NCBI RefSeq assembly: GCF_052425735.1
Contig: NC_135759.1
Location: forward strand, 29,512,001-29,576,000
DNA: 64,000 bases
Reading direction: 5' to 3'
Source of the DNA: Oculina patagonica
Lineage: Eukaryota
Notes under the pieces: generated by a model
What the model saw: the letters and a program-made list of their open reading frames with translations, nothing else
Database searches by the model: none
Told to the model about the DNA's origin: nothing
Shown: positions 47,417 through 58,257 of the stretch, one piece after another
Position numbering within the stretch: position 1 is the first letter of the stretch
How the letters are laid out: each line of letters begins with the position of its first letter
Program-made: the position numbers and the translations under genes

Positions 47417-50400
47417 TTCTTTCCCAGGGAATTCAGCACGAGAATGGATGCTTAACTTCCATTTTACTACTGGATCGTGATTAGAATGGCAATAAACTTT
47501 ATGACAACAACCTCTGTTACTTTAGAGCTTTAGCACTTCACAATGCCTGCCATGTGATTCTAACTACCATTACAAAAGATACTGTCAAACTGTACCAAAA
47601 GAAAAAAAAAAGATTCCATAGTGCCAAGTTAGACCTTCCAGATCTGGAACGACTGTTTGAAGTTAACATCATTGCCTAGTCGTTAAAATCAACAAAACCA
47701 AATGGAGACGATGAGAGTGATACAAACAAAGGTTTCAACCAGAGTTTGCCACTTACTTGGTTTACCGTTCTCTTTTCAAATGCTCTGGAGCACCTTCTAC
47801 CATAATCACTTTCAAAATTACGTCTGCTATATCAAAGACTTAGAAAACACTCGAAGTCCTTTTGCTGCTCTCGATGTGAGAAATACTGGAGAGATGGATT
47901 CATGCTTAATAGTTATGAGAAGACTTGTGAAGCCTACGCCCATAACAAGTTTCCAGGAAGTGCTTTCCGGACTCCTCCAAACATCTTCGATCTTCTAGAA
48001 GATGAAGGCTTTACCATTTCCCACAGATTAAAATACTTCCCTTATAGAGCAACATTTGACTTTGATGGTATGTGTTAAACGCCAAGACTGGTCTTGAAGA
48101 TACTGAAAATGGCTCTGAAAGGCAAAGCACTTATCTCTCAGTGTCAGAGTCGTCTCCAACTAAACAAAGTGTAGTCAACCAAAGTACTCTGTATCAAATG
48201 GCAATTCCACTCAGCTGGTCAATGATGTGATGGACTACTTTATCCAAATCGTTTGATGAAAGAAGAGTTTCATAGCATCATTGAAGCTATTAAGAACAAG
48301 TCAGGGGAGGAAAAAAGAAAGCTTCAGAACACAGACAACAACAAATGTGGGAGAGAACAACGAGGAAGATGAAGGCGAATACTTGACGGATACCAATGGT
48401 GAAAAAGAAAAAAATCCAGCGGCAAAAGATAGCCAGACTTGTCGGCCAGGCTTATTCATAAGGAGAAAGTAGATCGTTGCAAAGGCTGCACTATTCACCA
48501 CCCAAATTAAGGAGAACATTCATGCCTGATGATGGACGCCTGGTTACATTACAATGTTGAAGTGAGCAAAAATATAGATCTGAATATTGTCTTTAAAACA
48601 GCAAAAGTGTCCACAGCATTTTTGTCTTCAGCTACACAACAAGTTTTAGATAAACAGAACATTTTTCATTTGTAAAAAAAGATGATGAGGAGAAAATAAA
48701 AAAAGGTATACCAGGCTGTAATGTCGCACACCAGAGAACATCTATTGCACATTTAAGATAAGGGGACCAATTTATCTTTTTTTTCTGTGTCCAATAACAT
48801 TGCATCAATGATGTAAGTTAACTGAACCAGATTCAATTTGAAAGAACTCTTGGAAGGAAACAACTATTCTGGCCACCTTTTGCTATATTTAACCATTTTT
48901 ATTAAGCCAAAGGAAAGGCCAATGAAAGTTAAAGAAAATGCAGAATCACTGCACAAAATAATTAATTAATTATACAGACTTTACATTTTTTTCAAACATT
49001 TTGTACAATATTACTATTTTCTATTCAGAGTATGTAATTAGTTTTTATATTGGTTCTGGTTATGCCTGCAAGTGGCTTTCATTTCAAAACTGGGCATATT
49101 TTTTATGTGACAATTATCAACTTTACTATTGTTTCCTGTTAGTTCTGTTGCCAACATTCCTGCAATTTCTTTAGAACGGCTGCACGCAACATTTCGCCCA
49201 TTCAGACATCAGGTCATCAAAAGATGTAACATCATCAAATGCTATGGAGAAAGAGGATTTTTCTAGGTGCATAGAGTTGCTTGAAAGCAAGGATGTTACC
49301 ATCAGCAGGATTGCAACAGACCGCTATGTGACCATCACCAGTTGTGTGGCCAGGAATCACCCACATATCAATCACCAGTATGATGTCTGGCATCTGTCAA
49401 AGTGGGTGGTTAAGAAGCTCACCAACAAAGCTAAACAAAGGGGTTGCGAGGAACCATCTCCTTGGATACTGTCCATTTCAAAACTGGGCATATTTTTTAA
49501 GTGTCAATTATCAACTTTACTATTGTTTCCTGTTAGTTCTGTAGCACACATGCACACATTCCTGCAATTTCTTTAGAACGTCTGCACGCAACATTTCGCC
49601 CATTCAGACATCAAGTCATCAAAAAAAGGTCAATGGATTATTGCCGTATTAGGCCGAATCAGTAAACCAAAGTGCTTTGTGTCGAATGGTAATTCCACTC
49701 AGTCGGTCAATAATATGATGGACTACCTCATCCGAATCAGCAAGGAAGTTATCGTTTTATGAAAGAAGAGTTTCATAGCATCTGAGAAGCTATTGACAAC
49801 AAGTCAGGGGAGGAAAAAGAAAGCTTCAGAACATCGTCAAAAACAAATGTGGGAGAGAACAACGAAGATGAGGCAAAGACTTGTGGATTCCAATGGTGAA
49901 AAAGACGATATAGAGTCGGAGATGGAGAAGAAGTAGAAAAAATTCAGCGCCAAAAGATAGCCAGACTTGTCGGCCAGGCTTATTCACAAGGAGAAAGTAT
50001 GATCATTGCAAAGGCTGCACTATTCACCACCCGAATTAAGGAGAACATTCATGCCTGATGATGGACGCCGGGTTACACTACCATGTTGAAGTGAGCAAAA
50101 AAATAGATCTGAATATTATCTTGAAAACAGCAAAAGTTTCCACAGCATTTTTGTCTTCAGCTACACAACAAGTTTTAGATAAAGAGAACATTTTTCATTT
50201 GTAGAAAAAGATGACGAGGATAAAACAAAAAAAGGTATACCAGGCTGTAATGTCACACACCAGAGAACGTCTATTGCACATTTAAGATAAAGGGACCAAT
50301 TTATCTTTTTTTTTCTGTGTCCAATAACATTGCATCAATGATGTAAGTTAACTGAACCAGATTCAATTTTTGATTGAATTCTTGGAAGGATGCAACTATT

Positions 50401-51620
50401 CTGGCCACTTCTTGCTACATTTAACAATTTTTATTAAGAAGCTAAAGGAATGGCCAATGCGGAAAGTTTAAGAAAACGCAGAATCACTGCACAAAATAAT
50501 TAATTAATTATACAGACTTTATATTTTTTTCAAACATTTTGTACAATATTACTATTTTCTATTCAGAGTATGTAATTAATTTTTATACTGGTTCTGGTTA
50601 TGCCTGCAAGTGGCTTTCATTTCAAAACGGGGCTTTTTTTTTATGTGTCAATTATCAACTTTACTATTGTTTCCTGTTAGTTCTGTTGCCAACATTCCTG
50701 CAATTTCTTTAGAACTGCTGCACGCAACATTTCGCCCATTCAGACATCAGGTCATTAAAAAACAGGTCAATGGATTATTGCCGTATCAGGCCAGAGAATA
50801 TACTTCTGGCAGAGTTTGGCACAGTAGCAATGCCACAATACGAAATCTGCAGTATGACAATGAAAACAACAAAACAATGGGCAAAATTTTAACAAGTATA
50901 ATGTTGAAAAAATATGGAATATTTCCTGCTCATTAAAGGAATGGCAACAAACCAGTCACCTTGAAATTCACATTTCAATTCAAAGGGAGAGAGCCAAAAT
51001 AAGGAGTCATAATCATAGTCAAAATAAGGAAACATTAGCCATAACTAAATAATTTTTTTTGCACTTAGATTTTTCCTTTTTATTTCATAACTTGTCAGGT
51101 TGATTCTTATACCTGAATTCCCCTTTTCGCCCATTTAGTTGCTTTGCTTGCTTTTGGCTTGAACTTTACTTGAATTTACAAATATATGTAAGTTTGAAAT
51201 GGTCAACTAAAAAAAAATACAAAAATTCTTAAAACACAAAACAAAATAATAAAGATACCCGTCACTTTTGATTTCATAAAACATAAGCATGTGAACTTTC
51301 CAAAATTTTAGCTTAGTCAATGTAAAGGCCTTGTTCTGAAAGCCTTTGGTTTTACTCCTCCTTTTTTAGTAAAGGTAGCTGAAAGAATTCTTGGAAGGAT
51401 ACAACTATTCTGGCCACTTTTGCTACATTTTATTAAGAAGCCAAAGGAAAGGCCAATGGAAGTTACAGAAAATACAGAATCACTGCACAAAATAATTAAT
51501 TAATTATACAGACTTAATATTCTTTTCAAACATTTTGTACAATATTACTATTTCTTTTCATAGTTTGTAATTTTTATACTGGTTCTGGTTATGTCTGCAA
51601 CTGGCTTTCATTTTCAAAAC
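44791..51620 (+). repeat. Mosaic duplicated block, copy B plus partial copies C/D
   Basis: Starts aacatgcaatacagcgcaaaac, as at 33603. The 38240-39480 segment recurs at ~49680-50932 and partly at 51380-51620. Confidence 0.88.
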
Positions 51621-51644
51621 TTGGCTTTTAATTTTATCTGTAAC

Positions 51645-53629
51645 AACCATGTATGCCATTCGCACAAATTAATGTTATTTTTAGCCTTTTATTCTTATTG
51701 TCTATTGTTTGTATGCACATATTTTTAGCGTTTTTACTATATTTACACATGTAATTTTATTCTAACACCAAACTTGAGAATGACTGTTAAATGGTTGAAA
51801 TGTCGTTCTTTATTAGCATTTACTAGTTACCGGTATATCAACTTCCAAAAACTTGTTGATTCAAAAAATATTCTTTTCAAAAAAACATTTTGTGATGACA
51901 TTTTTTTCTTTACTCCAATAAGGTTTCAACTGTGGCTCCAGACTCACCGGTTCTCGTATAGTGGGTGGTACCAGGGCCCAAGAAAACAGCTGGCCAAGGC
52001 AGGTCCCTCTTGGACATAATGGCTGGCTGACCTGTGGTGGATTTCTTATTGATGAACAATGGGTGTTGACTGCTACTCATCGTGTTTATCCTTGTGATAA
52101 TCATCGTGAATATTATGTTGTAAGGTAAGGTTTGTAAATATTCTTTTTTAAAAAAAATTCATTGAGAAATTTTTTTCTTTACTCCTATAAGGTTTCAACT
52201 GTGGTTCCAGGCTCACCGCTTCTCGTATCGTGGGTGGTACCAAGGCCCCAGAAGACAACTGGGCGTGACAGGTCACACTTGGACATAATGGCTCGCTGAC
52301 CTGTGGTGGATCTCTTATTGATGAACAATGGGTGTTGTGACTCACTCAGCGCAACATTTTTTATTTAGATTATTTTAAGGTATTTTAATATTCCTATTCT
52401 TGTCCTTTTATACGCTTTTAAAGATATCTTTGCCAACCATGTATGCCATTCGCACAAACTAATGTTATATTTAGCCATTTTTAGCCTTCTATTCTTATTG
52501 TCTATTGTTTGTATGCACCTATTTTGGCGTTTATACTATATTTACACATATAATTTTATTCTAACACCAAACTTGAGAATGTTAAATGGTCGAAACATCG
52601 TTCTTTACTAGCGTTTACTTTTATAGTTACCGGTATATCAACTTCCAAAAACTTGTTGATTTGAAAAATATTCTTTTCAAAAAAATTTTTGTGATGAAAT
52701 TTTTTTTTAACTCCTATAAGGTTTTCAACTTCCAGACTCACCGGTTCTCGTATCATGGGTGGTACCAGGGCCCAAGAAGACAGCTGGCCAAGGCAGGTCG
52801 CGCTTGGACATAATGGCTGGCTGACCTGTGGTGGATTTCTTATTGATGAACAATGGGTGTTGACTGCTACTCATTGTGTTTATCCTTGTGATAATCATCG
52901 TGAATATTATGTTGTAAGGTTAGGTTTGTAAATATTCTTTTACAAAAAAATTTTGTTGAGGAATTTTTTTCTTTACTCCTATAAGGTTTCAACTGTGGCT
53001 CCAGACTCACCGGTTCTCGTATCGTAAGTGGTACCAGGGCCCAAGAAGACAGCTGGCCAAGGCAGGTCGCGCTTGGACATAATGGCTGGCTGACCTGTGG
53101 TGGATTTCTTATTGATGAACAATGGGTGTTGACTGCTACTCATTGTGTTTATCCTTGTGATAATCATCGTGAATATGTTGTAAGGTTAGGTTTGTAATTT
53201 TATTTCACTAAACTTTAGACAGGAGTAAAAAAAATGAGTACATCTATGTAGTACATAGATATTTGTTTTTGCACTTGGATTTTTCCTTTTTATTTGATAA
53301 GAATTTAAGATTTTAAAGAAGAGCCAGAGTAAGCTTGATTGTTTGATTTTTGAGATGCCTTTTTATGACTTTTTAAGCCGAAGCTTAACAAACAAAGCGA
53401 CTCGCTAAGCTCAAAATTATTTATTTAGATTATTTTAAGGTATTTTAATATTTGTATTCTTGTCGTCTTATATATGCTTTTAATTATATCTTTTACAATC
53501 ATGTATTTCATTCGCACAAATTAATGTTTTTTAGCCATTTTTAGCCTTTTATTCTTATTGTCTATTGTTTGTATGCACATAATTATTTTTAATTAGTGCT
53601 TTTACTATATTTACACATGTAATTTTATT
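51645..53629 (+). repeat. Complex tandem array containing orphan trypsin-like exons
   Basis: Module catgta..cattcgcacaaa... starts at ~51645, ~52435 and ~53498. Exon copies at ~51922-52123, 52192-52338, 52721-52918 and 52986-53184, with a partial copy at 55862-55950. Confidence 0.85.
52986..53184 (+). pseudogene. Trypsin-like (S1A) serine protease N-terminal exon, least disrupted copy
   Basis: tataag|[57 protein letters not shown]...VVR|gt. The 52192 copy retains RIVGG and CGGSLI. Confidence 0.85.
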
Positions 53630-54131
53630 AGTAGTAAAGTAGTAATGTACTTCACTCTGGGGCAATGATCGTATGATTTTTCTTAGCCAATCAAAAACTT
53701 CACATTTTGCTACATAATTGTGAAATATTTTGTGAAACGTTATTCATTTTTTGAAATATTTTTGTGAAGATGCCTTATTCCACCAAGCAACTCGATCAAC
53801 GCTACAAAGACGTTTGTAGCAACATAGAAGATACAAGAGAGTATACTTTAAAGTTCTAATTTAAAGAGTGTTGTATCCATGTATCTTGACACTTTCTTCA
53901 AGGATCTACACAAGCAAGACCTTAAACAATGCGAGAAAAAGTTGGAGGCGATTAAAGAAGTTCTTCATAGAAAAATTGAGTCAAGGTCATCAGGCAGTCG
54001 CACGATTTCATTGACCAATCATATTACGACAAGTAAAGAAGTTTTATAAATTATTCAAGTAAATTTTACTTTAAATTTTGAATTTTACTCCCAAAGTTTA
54101 TTCTGATATTTTTGTGCTACCCTAAAGCAAT

Positions 54132-54425
54132 ATGCCCAAGTCTATTTCAACCCTGCAAGGACAAATAGCAAATTGCGAAAGAAGTATGAAGGAATCCCTT
54201 GCTATTTGTATCGATGAATTCAACAATTCAGAATATACTTTCAGTTTTAATTTACACAACTTCACAGCTACATTGCCTTCAATCAACCTGGAGGAAGCTC
54301 AAACATCGCTTACTAAAGCCATGAGTATGCTGACTGAATGTGGAAAGATGCTTACTATTATAAGAAAGAAAAGGGCATATCAGCAAGAAATTAAAGAGGT
54401 TTTGATAGCTCGCAATCGAAAATAA
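54132..54425 (+). CDS. Small helical hypothetical protein in the mini-element
   Basis: Intact 97-aa ATG ORF in a compact, intronless, virus-like gene run; no motif recognised. Confidence 0.4.
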   Translation: MPKSISTLQGQIANCERSMKESLAICIDEFNNSEYTFSFNLHNFTATLPSINLEEAQTSLTKAMSMLTECGKMLTIIRKKRAYQQEIKEVLIARNRK

Positions 54426-54443
54426 TCTATCAAACATTTAACC

Positions 54444-54635
54444 ATGGAGGCTCATTTCAACGAGAAAATAATACCATTCGCCACCACTTCAATAGCAAAT
54501 ACGGATGCCGATAAAATCACTGTTGATCCCAATCAGATCCCAACAGCTGAGGATATTGATGAGCATATTGATGTGAATGCCGATGAAATGCCTGAAGCTA
54601 TCAAGCAGGATACCAATGAAGAAGAACTTGACTGA
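54444..54635 (+). CDS. Small acidic hypothetical protein in the mini-element
   Basis: 63-aa ATG ORF in Kozak-like context (accatgg), 18 nt after the previous ORF. Confidence 0.35.
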   Translation: MEAHFNEKIIPFATTSIANTDADKITVDPNQIPTAEDIDEHIDVNADEMPEAIKQDTNEEELD

Positions 54636-54666
54636 TATAAATTTTTCTTATATAATAGTATATAAA

Positions 54667-55225
54667 ATGCATTGTAATGCTGTTATACATCAAGATTTGA
54701 TTAAATTTGATCAATATTCCTGTACAAATTGTGGTGATTTTTTAATTACTCAAGACAAAACAATCGATTCGTGTTGTAATCAACCAAATATAGTCAAGGA
54801 AAGCTATTCTCAAATTTGTTCTTATTGCGGGACTCAGAATTATGCATATGTTAGCGAGTATTTTGATTTTTAAGAGAACAGACACAAGATATGCCGTAAA
54901 AGCATCTATCATCATAAATACCACATTGAGAATGTTTAAAACGATTTATGTATTAAAAATGGAGTTGAATTGTCTCAAAATCAGCGCGATAAGATTTACA
55001 AAGTGTTTCACGAGATCGGTACAATTCTCCCATATATAAATAAAAGAAGAAAGAGGGTGATCTCAACAAGATATATTTTAAGACAGCTGTTTAAAATGCT
55101 CGGTATCCCATACAATTTCATCTGTGTTACTAAATTTAAAAAAAAACGTGAGCTTTTAATGATCAGTATTGGGCTGAGATTTTAGCATTAAAATCGGCCC
55201 AGATTGCACGGATTATTCGGTAAAT
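54667..55225 (+). pseudogene. VLTF3-like (poxvirus late transcription factor 3-like) zinc-ribbon protein, disrupted
   Basis: One frame: MHC...CTNCG...SCC...CSYCG...EYFDF*ENRHKICRKSIYHHKYHIENV*...KIYKVFHEI...RKRVISTRYILRQLFKMLGI...TKFKK, then a frameshift to DQYWAEI. Resemblance recognised from memory, not searched. Confidence 0.6.
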
Positions 55226-55704
55226 TTATCATCATACTTGAGCAGATACCGATCGATTATTGGGCCGGTATCGCATATGAAGTCGTCAGTAGTTTTCATC
55301 ATTAAAAAGATATTGGATAGTTCATATTCCCCTGTTCTTAACATGAATTTTATTGTAAATTAAGCAAGTGCTGATAGCTTTGATAAGCAAAAATTCCATT
55401 TTGAATTTTCAAATCGAGATTCTGATGCTGAAGCCAGCCTTGTATCAATAAAGCTCCCGTGCTGATTGCAATCAGGCTGATACCAACTGTTGAAATGGAC
55501 GATACTATGCCCCCCGAAGCGAATAAAATAGCCAGCCAATTGCCTATTAATTTCAGCCTTCTAAAGCTTTTTGTAGCTTGTTTATAACACCAACACTTCT
55601 TATGGTATACTCTGTAGTATTCTTTCAATTCTTGAATTTGCGCTTGATTTAACTTGTCACTAATATGGTTCCATTCGAATATATTTTTGCGTTGTTTCGG
55701 CATA
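55215..55704 (-). pseudogene. Hydrophobic hairpin (2-TM, SLATT-like topology) protein, frameshifted near 55350
   Basis: IFEWNHISDKL...ELKEYYRVYHKKCWCYKQ...LIGNWLAILFASGGIVSSISTVGISLIAISTGALLIQGW...FAYQSYQHLLN, continuing in another frame as LRTGEY...DDFICDTGPIIDRYLLKYDDKFTE*. Confidence 0.55.
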
Positions 55705-58011
55705 TATAAATATTTGTTCCAATATTTTTTCCAGCCGGCGGGCAAGTAGTGATGTACTACATCTCTGAGGCAAATTGCCCCAGAGTGTAGTACATTTACT
55801 ACTTTTATTCTAACACCAAACTTGAGAATGACTGTTGAACAGTCGAAACGTCATTCTTTACTGGCAGGTCGCGCTTGGATATAATGGCTCGCTGACCTGT
55901 GGTGGATCTCTTATTCATGAACAATGGGTGTTGACTGCTACTCATTGTGTCTTCGTGAATATGTTTGAAGGGTAATAGGTAATGTTTGAAGTGAATATTA
56001 GTGTAACTTTGCTGTTATACATAATTATTTTCCCTTTCCACTAATAAGTTTATTTAACCCTTCATTATATTTTCATTTTTTGTTGCAAAAAAGGTTTTTT
56101 TTTGGTTGCAGAAGAAATTAACTTTTACCTTCTTAATATTTCCTTAATTAATTAATTAATTAATTAATCTATTTTAGTCATTCCTTTTTAGTTTCTCATA
56201 TTTTTAAACTACATTTATTTGTTTTCCTTCTCTTTGTTTTTCTTGGTACTATGTTAATGTATTATTGTTGTATGTTATAAAAAAGGCCTTGTTGTGAAAC
56301 TCTTTTTACTCACCCTTTTACAGTGAAGGGTGTGAATGAAAGAACCATGGAAGAACCATTGGAAACCAGAGGTTTTCTGACAGTTTTGGACAGGAAGATC
56401 ACTTTCAAAATTAATATATTCAGCTGAGATGTAAGATCTTTAGAAAGAGCAAGAAGTTGTAGTGTACATTGCTCACATTGTGCGATTTTTGACAAATTAT
56501 GCAGTTTTATACAATACTACGCGCATTGTGATTGGTTGATGCCTGACACCAATAAGAGTACAGACACACAGATGATGTCACTGCGTGGTGTGACTTGGAC
56601 GCGTGTTTAGAGATCATAGTCCAAATCAGCATTTGGCAAAGTTTTTCAAAACTCGCGGGCCACAACAAAACACAAAAGTTCAGTTTGATGATCAATCTGC
56701 AACGAGAAACAATTTGCCAAGTATTGTATACCTTTCAAAATATTTAACTGGACTAAACAAGCTTGAAGTAGACAGTGAATAATTCGAGAAATCGAATGTG
56801 TCAGAGTTTGTCCATTGTTGAACAGTTGGACTACGCCACACACAAGAAATCCATGAATGGCAGTTGAACCTAACAGTAAGTTTAAAGATTGCAGATTTGA
56901 ACAACTTTCCAAATGGAATAAAGGCTATTTCATTATTCTGTTTATTTAATCGGTTTAACAGTGCTTCGTGCTTCGTAAAATGAAAACAACTTAAGCACAA
57001 TGGTAGCGGCATTGCTTACACTGAATTGTACTAAAGTCTTGTGTTAATTGTATAAAACAAATAGATTCTGTTTTGCCATGGGTCTGTTTTCTTAACATTG
57101 TAATTCATTTGTGTTGATGACTGTAGGACTAAGAACCATTTGTGTGGAAGAGTGTTTGGAAGTAAAAATACCATAATTTCACACCTTTTTGCTGCCACAA
57201 TCACCATTCATTTACTGCAGCTGTGTGCTATTTGTTATTCAAGAAGTATCTCATTTGCATTTGTAACATACATCATTGTATATAAACACTAGTTCATCTG
57301 AATAAATATTGAACAGGTCAATGCTTTGTTTGCCTCTTTGTTTTGCAGGCAAATGAAAGAACATTATCTGTTGTTGTGGATTTCCAACCTGTTTCCAATT
57401 GATATTTGGTGAGAGTAAGGCCTAGTAAGTAAGATTATGAGGAAGATGATCCAGTGCCACATACACCTTGGCTGGATGTTCTAGTCTGCAATTGTAATTG
57501 CTCGAATTTCCCACTAGCTGGAAAAGTAATTGTGGACAGATCCAGTGGCACTGATACCACAGAGCAGTTATCCTATCAGTCCAGTACTCACTTGAGTGAT
57601 GAAAGCAAATCAGAGGGGAGTGATGAGGGGCTAGATGAAGACCTAGATGGGGAAACTGCAGTCAGCAATGAAAGTGCACAGTTTACCGAGTACTTCACAT
57701 TAAAAGGAAGCAGCAACAACGAGGATGCCAGAAAACTTTACGAAAATGTAAAAGAATCTGACCCACCCAATATGCATTGCACGCTTGCATCAGTCAAATC
57801 GCCATTATTGGGACACCCGATCAGCTAGTTCGAACAACTGAGATTTGCTATTGGTTTCCATTGAGCGTTTTACACGAAAGACCGTTCTCTTTTTTTCGGA
57901 AATATTACTATTTGATCATTTATCTTTCTTTAGAAGTTTTTATTTTTTAATAGTCGCTGTTTTTCTAAGCGTTATTGGGTTTGTTTTGAACGGTCGATCT
58001 TCGCGATCGTA

Positions 58012-58257
58012 ATGTCGGCGAATCGTCCAAGAAAGGGACGTCCCCGTCGTCCAGAAGGCATAAAGAGGTTAAAATTAAGGGAATCGACCTACACTCTTTG
58101 GAACAAGTGTAAGGAGCCTCTTGGTGTTTATGGTTTGACCAACAGCGAGTTTGCTGAGATGCTTCTGCATCAAAATTTCTCAGGCCAAGGAGATCTCAGA
58201 GACATTACGGAAACGCGCCCATTGAAAAAAAAGCGTCGCACGGGAAAATGCAAATAA
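58012..58257 (+). other. Probable exon of a transposon-derived DNA-binding protein (AT-hook-like)
   Basis: MSANRPRKGRPRRPEG..LKLRESTYTLW...LTNSEFAEMLLHQ; basic GRP motif; no complete gene model could be built. Confidence 0.35.

Larger units (their letters stand above)
53630..55803. mobile_element. 2174-bp non-autonomous Polinton/Maverick-like mini-element
   Basis: Ends agtagt...actact; ~30-bp TIR agtagta(a)atgtact.cactctggggcaat; 6-bp TSD tttatt (53624-53629 and 55804-55809). The empty site taattttattctaacaccaaac occurs in paralogous repeats near 51752 and 52551. Confidence 0.9.

Noticed and set aside
56500-57090. Defined DNA transposon
   Set aside because: Looks like an interspersed repeat with only a short AT-rich inverted match; ends and TSD could not be established.
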